Source of the DNA: Patescibacteria group bacterium
Lineage (GTDB): Bacteria > Patescibacteriota > UBA1384 > UBA12157 > JAENIV01
Length of the DNA stretch: 52,593 nt
NCBI GenBank assembly: GCA_035288145.1
Contig: DATEAX010000028.1
Coordinates: 1 to 52,593 of the forward strand
Direction of reading: 5' to 3'
Below, one piece after another: positions 35,825 to 43,475 of this stretch; position 1 is the stretch's first letter, and every line of letters begins with the position of its first letter. The notes under the pieces are model-generated. The model was not told where the DNA came from and did not search any database. It saw only the letters and a program-made list of their open reading frames with translations. A program made the position numbers and the translations under genes.

Positions 35825-36739
35825 ATGCTCGAAGAGTTGGACCTTGAAAACTTGGAAGCCGAAAACGATTACGATGGTTCAAAAGACAGAGAGCTGGATA
35901 GGCTTTGTTTGACGGACAGCGTCGAGCTCTGGCGACGGGAGGTTGGAAAAACTCCTCTTTTAACTGCCAAGGAAGAAATTGACCTTGCCAAGAGAATCGA
36001 GGCCGGTGACGAGGAGGCGCGAGCGAAACTTATTGAAGCCAATCTGCGCCTCGTCATCAGTATCGCCAACGAATGTCTCAAGAAACATCCAGGGCAGGGT
36101 TTATCCTTACCCGATCTGATTCAGGAAGGCAACATCGGCCTGATGAGAGCCGCCAAAAAGTTCGATTGGCGTAAGAAATGCCGCTTTTCGACTTACGCTA
36201 CATGCTGGATTCGTCAGGCGATTACCAGAGCGATTGCCAACCAGGCAAGGATGATCCGATTGCCATGTCAAAAGGTTGAAACCGTAAACAAAGTCAAGCG
36301 AACCATTGGTGTCATGTTTAGCAATCTGGGTCGCGAGCCAAAGCCCGAAGAACTGGCCCAAGAAATTGGGCTACCCCTCGAAATAGTTATTGTTGCCTTA
36401 AGGGGAGAGCCCGTTTCGCTTGAGGAAACCGTCGGCGAAGGTATGAGAACCTTAGAAGAGGTTATCCCCGACGAGACCACTGATGAACCTTTCGAGATTC
36501 TACTCCGACGGGATAAGGGGGAGGAAATCGCTAGGATATTGAATGAGCTCCCCGAGCGAGAACAAAACATTATTCGTCAGCGTTTTGGCCTGGAGGACGG
36601 AAATCCCTTGACACTTGACGAAGTCGGCCTCTTAAACAAGGTCTGCCGGGAAAGAGTCCGTCAGATTGAAAAAAAAGTTCTCCATAAATTATCACATCCA
36701 CATCGTTGCCGAAAACTTCGAGAGCTTGTTTCCGACTAA
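35825..36739 (+). CDS. sigma-70 family RNA polymerase sigma factor (group 1/2-like)
   Basis: [59 protein letters not shown]; ATG 35825 is 8 nt after AGGAGG (track GTG 35816). Confidence 0.9.
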   Translation: MLEELDLENLEAENDYDGSKDRELDRLCLTDSVELWRREVGKTPLLTAKEEIDLAKRIEAGDEEARAKLIEANLRLVISIANECLKKHPGQGLSLPDLIQEGNIGLMRAAKKFDWRKKCRFSTYATCWIRQAITRAIANQARMIRLPCQKVETVNKVKRTIGVMFSNLGREPKPEELAQEIGLPLEIVIVALRGEPVSLEETVGEGMRTLEEVIPDETTDEPFEILLRRDKGEEIARILNELPEREQNIIRQRFGLEDGNPLTLDEVGLLNKVCRERVRQIEKKVLHKLSHPHRCRKLRELVSD

Positions 36740-36762
36740 CCCCGCCACCAGCGGGGTTTTTT
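36740..36762 (+). terminator. intrinsic terminator after the sigma factor gene
   Basis: CCCCGC-CACCA-GCGGGG followed by TTTTTT. Confidence 0.75.
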
Positions 36763-36971
36763 CATTTTAGAAAACTGATTTGGATGCCGTAATAGGCGTG
36801 AATTAAAACAACGATTAACAGCAGAATCCAAACAACCCTGGTGTGAACCCAAAATGGCAATTTCAAAATCCGCGCGCCAATGAGAATTTGTAAAATTAAA
36901 AGCCCCAGAGCCAAAAACCCGAGCCAGATATTGAGAGGTCTTCCCCAAATTATCGGGTTTGGCAAAATCAT
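36762..36971 (-). CDS. small two-helix membrane protein coupled to the cupredoxin gene
   Basis: 69 aa, two hydrophobic helices, 4-nt overlap with upstream gene. Confidence 0.5.
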   Translation of the reverse strand: MILPNPIIWGRPLNIWLGFLALGLLILQILIGARILKLPFWVHTRVVWILLLIVVLIHAYYGIQISFLK

Positions 36972-37363
36972 TGGACGATGATTTTTCCTTTCATATTCGG
37001 ATGAAGCGTGCAGAGATAATCGAAAGTCCCGACAGTATCAAAGGTCTTTTGGAAGTTTTCGCCCGCCTTGAGATTGCCGCTGTCAAAAGATTTATCAGTG
37101 GCGGTGACGGTATGAGCAGTGGAATCTTCATTGCTGAAAGTGATTCGACTTCCTGCTTTAATCGTGAGAGTTCCCGGCTGAAAAGAGGAATTCTTAATTT
37201 TGACCTCTTGGGCGGCCGGAGCAGACGGCGTTCCGGAAGATGTTCCTCCGGGTGTCGGACTGGCGGTTGGGGAATTATTAGTTCTTCCGGCTACGAGCCA
37301 TAAAATCAAACCGCCAACGACAATAGCGATAACAACACCAATAATAATCGAGAGATTTTTCAT
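36968..37363 (-). CDS. membrane-anchored type-1 copper (cupredoxin, amicyanin/plastocyanin-like) protein
   Basis: N-terminal TM, P/T/S linker, ligand pattern AHTV .. YLCTLHPNM (C-x2-H-x2-M). Confidence 0.85.
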   Translation of the reverse strand: MKNLSIIIGVVIAIVVGGLILWLVAGRTNNSPTASPTPGGTSSGTPSAPAAQEVKIKNSSFQPGTLTIKAGSRITFSNEDSTAHTVTATDKSFDSGNLKAGENFQKTFDTVGTFDYLCTLHPNMKGKIIVQ

Positions 37364-37416
37364 TTTACCACCGTCTATATTATATCATATTTCCTAAATA
37401 GTGCCTCATCCCAAAA

Positions 37417-37502
37417 TGCCGAGGGCGGGACTCGAACCCGCAAGACCGGTTAAGGTCACAACATTTTAAGTGTTGCGAGTTTGCCAATTTCTCCACCTCG
37501 GC
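37417..37502 (-). tRNA. tRNA-Leu (anticodon UAA), long variable arm
   Basis: reverse complement GCCGAGG..CAACA-CTTAAAA-TGTTG..GGTTCGAGTCC..CCTCGGC-A folds as a class II cloverleaf. Confidence 0.9.
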
Positions 37503-37540
37503 CTAACTCCATTTTATCTCAAAAAAAGTTCCCAAACAAC

Positions 37541-37577
37541 AAAAAAGGTTCCGAATTCCCTTGGAACTCGGAACCCC
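37541..37577 (-). terminator. intrinsic terminator of the 37582-37869 orphan
   Basis: GGTTCCGAATTCC 37547-37559 / GGAACTCGGAACC 37563-37575 (12 of 13 pairs); T-run on minus strand (plus A-run 37541-37546). Confidence 0.65.
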
Positions 37578-37581
37578 AGAC

Positions 37582-37869
37582 TTAGGCAAGGACTCGGGTC
37601 AACTGACTTCTGATTTGTTGCTCGAGCAAGCCCTTACTCTCATCGGCTCTTTCAGCCAAGCCGATAAGTTCCGCTATTTCCGCCTCGAGGTTGCGGAGCT
37701 CACAGCGGAGCCCCTTGGTGAGTCTTTCGGCGTCATCGTAAGTTTCCACCAAAACCAACCCTTCAGCCGTCACACAACTGCCGCCGACAGACGAGTAAAT
37801 CTCGTCAATCGCCGCTCGAACTTCCCGGTACTCCTGCAAAAGGTTCCCCAGCCGATGACAACAGCCCAT
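37582..37869 (-). CDS. G+C-rich orphan coiled-coil protein (95 aa)
   Basis: ATG with GAAGGAGGAAGG RBS, own terminator and TTGACT-16-TAAACT promoter (37952-37925). Confidence 0.55.
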   Translation of the reverse strand: MGCCHRLGNLLQEYREVRAAIDEIYSSVGGSCVTAEGLVLVETYDDAERLTKGLRCELRNLEAEIAELIGLAERADESKGLLEQQIRSQLTRVLA

Positions 37870-38009
37870 CGCCTTCCTCCTTCCATCACTGGTCTGGTCG
37901 TTTCAATCAGCTGCCGATATCCATAGTTTATCATAAACCAGCGTAAAGTCAATCAATTTTAATCTTCTTTTACTCCGCCAGTATCGAGCGATACCGGGGA
38001 TAAACTTTG

Positions 38010-38972
38010 TTACTTCAAAACGATCTCCCAATTTTTGCCGTTCATTCTGATTGAAGCGTCAATCGTAAAACCGGCGGCTTTTTTGTGGCCGCCGCCGCCG
38101 AAGAGCCGAGCGATTTGTGAAACATCAACTTCGTCGTTTTCGGTCCGAAGCGAGGCCCGCAACTCTCCTTCCCGCGTTTCAAAGAAAAGCATTGCCGCCC
38201 GAGAGTCGGGAATCGAGTTCATCAAATTGACCACCCCCGCCAAATCGTAATAAGTTGCTCCGCAGGTTTGGAGATCATGCGAGGTAATCACCGATGAGAC
38301 AATCTCAAGTTCTTGATTTTTATGAAGCCGCGAAAGAGTAATCCCCCAAAGTTTTAAAGCAGCGACACTTTTATTTAAGGCGACATTTTTGGCAATCGTT
38401 TTTAGTTTGGCGCCGTAGCCTAAAAGTTCCGAGGCAATTTCTAAAGTGACGGGCGTCGTATTAGAATGTTTAAAACCGCCGGTATCGGTGTAGATACCCG
38501 TCAAAATGGCCGTCGCCATCTCCCGATCAATGCTCACCGGTAATCTTTTAATTATCTGCCAGACAATTTCCGCCGCTGACGAGGCCCCTTGATCAACAAG
38601 GTTCAAATTGGCAATTTTCCAAAGATCATTCTTGGGATGATGGTCAATGTTAATCAGATTCTTAAAGACCCGAGCAAATTTTTTCAATCTCTCGGCAAAA
38701 CCGGTCCTTTTTAAATCCCCAGAGTCAATGACGATAATACAATTAAAATCGCCGAAGAGAATGTCTTTTTGAATTTTTTCAACTTCGGGCAAAAATAAAA
38801 ACGGCCGGGGAATTTCATCTTTGCAGACCATGGAAACTTTTTTTCTAAGTTTCCTCAAAACTAAAAAAAGAGCTACCGTCGCTGCCACCGTATCGCCGTC
38901 GGGCTCCTCATGGATCATCAACAAAAAATTATCTATAGTTTGGATTTTTGCAATTATTTTATCTTGAAGCAT
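38010..38972 (-). CDS. nrnA: DHH/DHHA1 phosphoesterase (NrnA-like oligoribonuclease/pAp phosphatase)
   Basis: DGDTVAA, DSGD, IDHHP, GGGHKKAAGF. Confidence 0.88.
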   Translation of the reverse strand: MLQDKIIAKIQTIDNFLLMIHEEPDGDTVAATVALFLVLRKLRKKVSMVCKDEIPRPFLFLPEVEKIQKDILFGDFNCIIVIDSGDLKRTGFAERLKKFARVFKNLINIDHHPKNDLWKIANLNLVDQGASSAAEIVWQIIKRLPVSIDREMATAILTGIYTDTGGFKHSNTTPVTLEIASELLGYGAKLKTIAKNVALNKSVAALKLWGITLSRLHKNQELEIVSSVITSHDLQTCGATYYDLAGVVNLMNSIPDSRAAMLFFETREGELRASLRTENDEVDVSQIARLFGGGGHKKAAGFTIDASIRMNGKNWEIVLK

Positions 38973-39435
38973 TAAGGATTACAACTTTTCTTTCTTCTTG
39001 GGGAAGATCGGTTTCCGTAAATTTATATTGTTCTTGGCCCTCGACGTTTATTCCCTCTTCCTTGGTAAAACTTTCAAGATTTTCCTCGTACATCGGAATG
39101 ACAATTTTCGGATCAATTTGGGAAATGACCTCGATGGCGGTTTTGGTTTCCGTAAAGACGCCTCCACCAACGCCAATAAGCAAGACATCAATACCATTGA
39201 GTTTTTCTAATTCCTGATCAGATAAAGTCCTTGCTTTTTTCATCCAGGCAACGGTCATTTTTTCGGAAAATAAGACAATCGTGCCGTCAATAACCTCGAC
39301 TTGAACCCCGCCGGATTCGTATTCGCCCGGGGTAGAAATTTTTAAATCTCCCAGACAAATTTCCGCGCCGATTTTGACTTGCTTATTCTTTGTTTTTAAA
39401 GAAAAGTTTTCTTTGCCCTGCCAAGTGATAATCAC
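38959..39435 (-). CDS. hypothetical protein (degenerate MBL-fold/UPF0173-like N-terminus)
   Basis: MIITWQGKENFSLK start resembles UPF0173 hydrolases but no HxHxDH motif seen. Confidence 0.45.
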   Translation of the reverse strand: MIITWQGKENFSLKTKNKQVKIGAEICLGDLKISTPGEYESGGVQVEVIDGTIVLFSEKMTVAWMKKARTLSDQELEKLNGIDVLLIGVGGGVFTETKTAIEVISQIDPKIVIPMYEENLESFTKEEGINVEGQEQYKFTETDLPQEERKVVILNASR

Positions 39436-40595
39436 TTTTCTTCCTTTCCTGCGGCCTTTGAATCTTTAGGTTTGGGCTTTTTTTTCTTGGCGCTCCGAGT
39501 CTCTTTGCCAAGCTCTTTAAGCGAGAGGTTCAATTTATGGACCACTGGATCCAAAGAAATAATCTTGAATTGGTAGGTTTTGCCTTCCTCAATAATATCC
39601 TTAGGGTCAATGATTTTTTCACCGAGCTCGGAAACATGAACCAGGCCATCAATGCCGTCGGCTTTGACAAAAGCCCCGTATGGAGTGATTTTGGTGACTG
39701 TGCCTTCGACAATGTCGCCGGCCTTTTTTAATTTGGCTAATTTTAACCACGGATCCGGCTGGAGCCGCTTAATTGAAAAAGAAAGGCGACTTCCTTCTTT
39801 GGAAATGACCTTAACTTTTATTTTCTCGCCAATCTGAAATTTTTCTTTAAGGTCGGCGATATGCTCCCAAGAGGCCTCGGATATATGAACCAATCCTTCA
39901 ATCTCGCCAGAATCTTTCATCTCGGTTTTGACAAATAAACCGAAATCGACAATCCCAGTGATTTCGCCTTCCAGGTTATCGCCGATTTTAATACTTTTAA
40001 TTTTCTCTTGCTGAAGAAGGTCGCCCGCCGCTTTCTCGGAAAAAATTAATTTGCCCGCCCCTGGTTCAAAAGTCAAAATTTTCACCTGAAGGGTCTGACC
40101 GACCAAAGCTTTCAGACGATTTAAAATTTCTTCACGATTGCCTGAAGGCACTTTGGGGTAATGTGAGGATGCCAATTGCGAAACCGGTAAAAACCCTTCA
40201 TAGTCGCCGAACTGACAAAGCAAACCTCCCTTATTGGCATCGAGGACCTTAATCTGCAAGGTTTCGCCGACATCAAATTTGTCTTGTAAAATCTTCGAAA
40301 CCCTTTCCTTGTCCGCCCGCCTCAAAGACAGAACAACAAAGCCGTCATCATTTTCAATCGTTAAAACATAGGCAAAAATTTTATCCCCCTCTTTAAGGTC
40401 GCCAATCTCGGGAGAAAATTCCTGTTCCGGAATAATGCCCCGCGTTAGCCCGCCGACATCAACGACAATTTTATTTTTTAAAATTTGAAGGATTTTTACT
40501 TCGCAAAGCTCGCCAGCTCTCACCGGCACCAAGCGGTTGCCGAGGGCGGTGGCTAAATCTTTCATTGTTTGAGGATTTTCCATAAACGTTTCCAA
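39432..40595 (-). CDS. rpsA: 30S ribosomal protein S1 (four S1 domains, Lys-rich tail)
   Basis: four repeats of the G..v.G.V..i...G.fV pattern. Confidence 0.88.
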   Translation of the reverse strand: METFMENPQTMKDLATALGNRLVPVRAGELCEVKILQILKNKIVVDVGGLTRGIIPEQEFSPEIGDLKEGDKIFAYVLTIENDDGFVVLSLRRADKERVSKILQDKFDVGETLQIKVLDANKGGLLCQFGDYEGFLPVSQLASSHYPKVPSGNREEILNRLKALVGQTLQVKILTFEPGAGKLIFSEKAAGDLLQQEKIKSIKIGDNLEGEITGIVDFGLFVKTEMKDSGEIEGLVHISEASWEHIADLKEKFQIGEKIKVKVISKEGSRLSFSIKRLQPDPWLKLAKLKKAGDIVEGTVTKITPYGAFVKADGIDGLVHVSELGEKIIDPKDIIEEGKTYQFKIISLDPVVHKLNLSLKELGKETRSAKKKKPKPKDSKAAGKEEK

Positions 40596-40600
40596 TCTTT

Positions 40601-41008
40601 CTATGGGAGATATTTTTCAAAAATTTTTTTCTTTTCGAATTTTTCCATCTCTTTGGGCAAAACAAATAATTTATACCTGATGATATTTAGCACCCAAATA
40701 AGCGAAATGCCAACGAGAATCAGCAACAATAGGCGGCTGCCTAAATAGGGGATTTTCTGCCAGCGGAAAAAGATTAACGCCAAGCCGAGAAATCCGATAA
40801 AGGCAAATAAATTGGCCAATTTCCAATTGACTTTTTTAAATACTTCTTCGGCTCGTCTGGCTTTCAAAGAAAAAATGATTGTCAAAATCACCGAAAGCCC
40901 AAATGGAACGACGAGATATTGGTACAAACCGTCTGCTTGCGGCGTTACTTCCAAAAGACGGGTTCCTTGAAATAATTTTTGTGGGTCAATTTGGTTTAAA
41001 AAATTCAT
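40601..41008 (-). CDS. membrane protein, unknown function
   Basis: start moved to MNFLNQ (41008) because the track ORF runs into tRNA-Phe. Confidence 0.5.
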   Translation of the reverse strand: MNFLNQIDPQKLFQGTRLLEVTPQADGLYQYLVVPFGLSVILTIIFSLKARRAEEVFKKVNWKLANLFAFIGFLGLALIFFRWQKIPYLGSRLLLLILVGISLIWVLNIIRYKLFVLPKEMEKFEKKKIFEKYLP

Positions 41009-41014
41009 CGTCGG

Positions 41015-41086
41015 TGCCGGATCGCAGAATCGAACTGCGGACACGTGGATTTTCAGTCCACTGCTCTGCCACTGAGCTAACCCGGC
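41015..41086 (-). tRNA. tRNA-Phe (anticodon GAA)
   Basis: reverse complement GCCGGGT-TA-GCTC-AGTGGCA-GAGC-A-GTGGA-CTGAAAA-TCCAC-GTGTC-CGCAG-TTCGATT-CTGCG-ATCCGGC-A. Confidence 0.92.
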
Positions 41087-41199
41087 AAAATGTTAAATTA
41101 AGAACGGGAATCGCCTATTTCCCATTTCGTCTTTCGAATTATCTTATTTGATTTTAGGAGGCTAATATTTAGATCTTTTTGAATATAGCAGAAAAGTAT

Positions 41200-41751
41200 T
41201 CATTTGGCAAATTTGAGGCGGATTTTGTTTACAATATAGATTGCCAAAAAACCATAACCGATGCCAAAGAGGGCCCCTGCCAGAACATCGCCTGGATAAT
41301 GCATACCGTTGTGCAGTCGGGCAAAGGCCATTAAAAGTGCAAAGAAAATCGCCGCTAACCAAACCCAAGTTTTTCTTCGATAGAAATATAAATACAATGT
41401 TAAGAGCGCCGCTGTTGCTGACATATGGCCGGAGGGAAAAGATGAATCCACCCACATTTCGCCAGTAGAGATGATGCTTTGCGAAAAAGCGATATACGGC
41501 CGTTCGCGAAAGTAGACGCTTGCCAAGGTTTGCTTCAAAACCAAATCGCTAATCACAAAATAAACCATACCGATAAAAATCGTTCCCCAAAAAATCCACT
41601 TGCCGCGTTTCTTATCAAAAATCAGAGCAAGAATTGCCAAAATGAGCCAAAAAAGAATTAAAGCTGGCAGCCAGCTGAAATAAAAAGTCAAACTATCCAA
41701 AACAGTCCCTTGGCCGAGATGATTTAAAAAACGGACAATCTCAAATTCCAT
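41200..41751 (-). CDS. PAP2 family membrane phosphatase
   Basis: YFRERPY, SFPSGHMS, ARLHNGMHYPGDVLAG; ATG 41751 (track TTG 41814). Confidence 0.85.
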   Translation of the reverse strand: MEFEIVRFLNHLGQGTVLDSLTFYFSWLPALILFWLILAILALIFDKKRGKWIFWGTIFIGMVYFVISDLVLKQTLASVYFRERPYIAFSQSIISTGEMWVDSSFPSGHMSATAALLTLYLYFYRRKTWVWLAAIFFALLMAFARLHNGMHYPGDVLAGALFGIGYGFLAIYIVNKIRLKFAK

Positions 41752-41896
41752 ATTGTATCCTGACCAATACTCTTTAATCTTGACAAAAAACTTTTGATGA
41801 CGCAAGACCGGCAAAAAGCTATGGGAATATCATCCAGTCATAACTGCCGGCAGAAATGGCGGTTTTGTGTGATATAATTCTTATTAGTTAAAGGGG

Positions 41897-42748
41897 GTGA
41901 ACCATTTGTCACGCCAATGCCAGCGTCCTGGTTGCCCAACTCCGATTGCCGAATTTGTCGACCCGGAAGTCCTCTATTGTGGTTATTGCCAGTATGATTT
42001 GATACGCGGCATCCCGGATCTGGTCAGCAGCTATCTTGATGGCCGTTCCCTGCCAGATAAAGACATCCGTTTCCTCTTCAACCACTTAAAAGTAGAGACA
42101 AAAGAAGAGTTTTGCCCGGCTCGAGAATTCTCCTTGTACCTCGGATTCCACAAGGCCTACTTTAGCAAAACCCTTCAAAAGGATTGGCTCTCGGGCAAGA
42201 AAGTCAAAAGAAGCGACCCTCGGTGTCCGAAGAGACGCATCATCTGGATGATTCCTTTTGAGGAAACTGTCAGGATTTTGGACATCGAGCGCAACTGGAT
42301 TACTGTTTATCAAGCGGCCAAATTGGGCGTGAAACACCAGACACTGCTCCACTATGTCCATTTGGACTACTTTGGACCGACGCACCAGCACTATACCGGA
42401 GCATTGATGATTTCCCGGTCATTTCTTCCCCAATTTAAAGAGCGATATGCCGCAATTGTCAAGGAAAGAAGGAAGCTGAAGAGTCGTCGCTATTGGCAAA
42501 AAGACCGCTTAACTCCCGAGATAATCGGCTCGGTGCTCGGAGTTTCGGGGGGATCGGTCAGCACCTGGATAAGAAAGGGATGGCTACCGGCCAAGCGCTT
42601 CGGCCACTGGTGGCTGATTAAAAGACCGGATTTCCGGGAATTTCTCGAGCGGCTCGCCCGTGGCGAATTTTCCGTCCGTCCTCTGCCACCTGATAAGTGT
42701 CGAGCAATTCTGGAGTCCGCACCTTGGAAAAACCTCCCGATGTCTTAG
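41897..42748 (+). CDS. putative DNA-binding regulator: N-terminal Cys4 zinc ribbon plus three tandem excisionase/MerR-type (HTH_17-like) winged-helix modules
   Basis: CQRPGC..YCGYC; three modules each ending in W/h..I.r..h..h pattern, best one LTPEIIGSVLGVSGGSVSTWIRKGWLPAKRFGHWWLIKRPDFREFL; TTG 41906 has better RBS spacing than GTG 41897. Confidence 0.65.
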   Translation: MNHLSRQCQRPGCPTPIAEFVDPEVLYCGYCQYDLIRGIPDLVSSYLDGRSLPDKDIRFLFNHLKVETKEEFCPAREFSLYLGFHKAYFSKTLQKDWLSGKKVKRSDPRCPKRRIIWMIPFEETVRILDIERNWITVYQAAKLGVKHQTLLHYVHLDYFGPTHQHYTGALMISRSFLPQFKERYAAIVKERRKLKSRRYWQKDRLTPEIIGSVLGVSGGSVSTWIRKGWLPAKRFGHWWLIKRPDFREFLERLARGEFSVRPLPPDKCRAILESAPWKNLPMS

Positions 42749-42778
42749 CCCCGCACCATTTGGTGCGGGGCTTTCGTT
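42747..42778 (+). terminator. intrinsic terminator after the regulator gene
   Basis: AGCCCCGCACCA-TT-TGGTGCGGGGCT then TTCGTT. Confidence 0.65.
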
Positions 42779-42785
42779 AAAAAAA

Positions 42786-42814
42786 TTGACAAAATTTTCC
42801 GTCTTCGTTACATT
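42786..42814 (+). promoter_or_regulatory. sigma-70-type promoter of the lipoprotein/peptidase operon
   Basis: TTGACA 42786-42791, 17-nt spacer, TACATT 42809-42814. Confidence 0.55.
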
Positions 42815-42818
42815 AAGG

Positions 42819-42864
42819 GGCTTTACCCTGAAACCCGCGGGTAAGGCCTTAGCCAAGCGGGTTT
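42819..42864 (+). promoter_or_regulatory. 5' leader with two mutually exclusive hairpins
   Basis: hairpin 1 GGCTTTACCC 42819-42828 / GGGTAAGGCC 42839-42848; hairpin 2 AAACCCGC 42831-42838 / GCGGGTTT 42857-42864. Confidence 0.4.
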
Positions 42865-42914
42865 AGCATATTGAAAACAGATTCTGGCCAGTCATCAGAA
42901 AAAGGAGGAAACCA

Positions 42915-43475
42915 ATGAAAAAGCTGATGGCCGTAGTCGTGCTTTTGGCAATCGTGGGGTTAATTTACGCCTGCGTTGCCAAAACAGAAAAGACCATTCC
43001 GGAACCTTCGGGATTCCGGCTCTCCCGAACTCCCCAGGCAAGCATCGATTTGGTCCAAGACAGGGATTCTCAAAACATCGCGATTTCCTGGGTGAAAGAT
43101 GGGCAAGGCAGAATTGCCACGGTTAATGAGCCGATTGGCGAAGAGGTGACGATTGGCACCCCGCAGAATGAGGATTCAGAGCGGGGCGTTTCGGTTAACA
43201 TCAATCTGCCCAAAAGGGAAATCCAGAAGTACTGGCTCTGTCTTGAGGGCAAGAAGGGTCAGAAGTGCCGACTTGAAACCAGCTTTCTTGACGCAAGGGG
43301 TCGAATCTGGCCGAAAAAGCCGATGGGATTCTCTTTCCGGCTCCATCGTGAAGGCAAGGTCTTCCGGGCTTACCTTCTGCTCACCTGCAATCCCAAAAAA
43401 ACACCATCTCAAGCAATGACCTTATGGGAAGTTGCCAAAAAGGATGTTTTTCCGGGTCATGGAGGCAAGCGATGA
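42915..43475 (+). CDS. putative lipoprotein (186 aa), unknown family
   Basis: signal peptide ending GLIYAC; AGGAGG RBS; stop overlaps next start (ATGA). Confidence 0.65.
   Translation: MKKLMAVVVLLAIVGLIYACVAKTEKTIPEPSGFRLSRTPQASIDLVQDRDSQNIAISWVKDGQGRIATVNEPIGEEVTIGTPQNEDSERGVSVNINLPKREIQKYWLCLEGKKGQKCRLETSFLDARGRIWPKKPMGFSFRLHREGKVFRAYLLLTCNPKKTPSQAMTLWEVAKKDVFPGHGGKR

Noticed and set aside
37561-37926. 121-aa plus-strand ORF overlapping the 95-aa minus-strand orphan
   Set aside because: Only the minus-strand ORF has an RBS, a promoter-like element and a downstream terminator. The plus-strand ORF would start inside the terminator hairpin. The strand call remains an inference.
37417-41086. 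tRNA-Leu and tRNA-Phe as integration (att) sites for the neighbouring G+C-rich cassettes
   Set aside because: The cassettes lie on the 5' side of both tRNAs, or are separated from them by a housekeeping PAP2 gene. I could find no direct repeat of either tRNA 3' end by eye, and no integrase is present.
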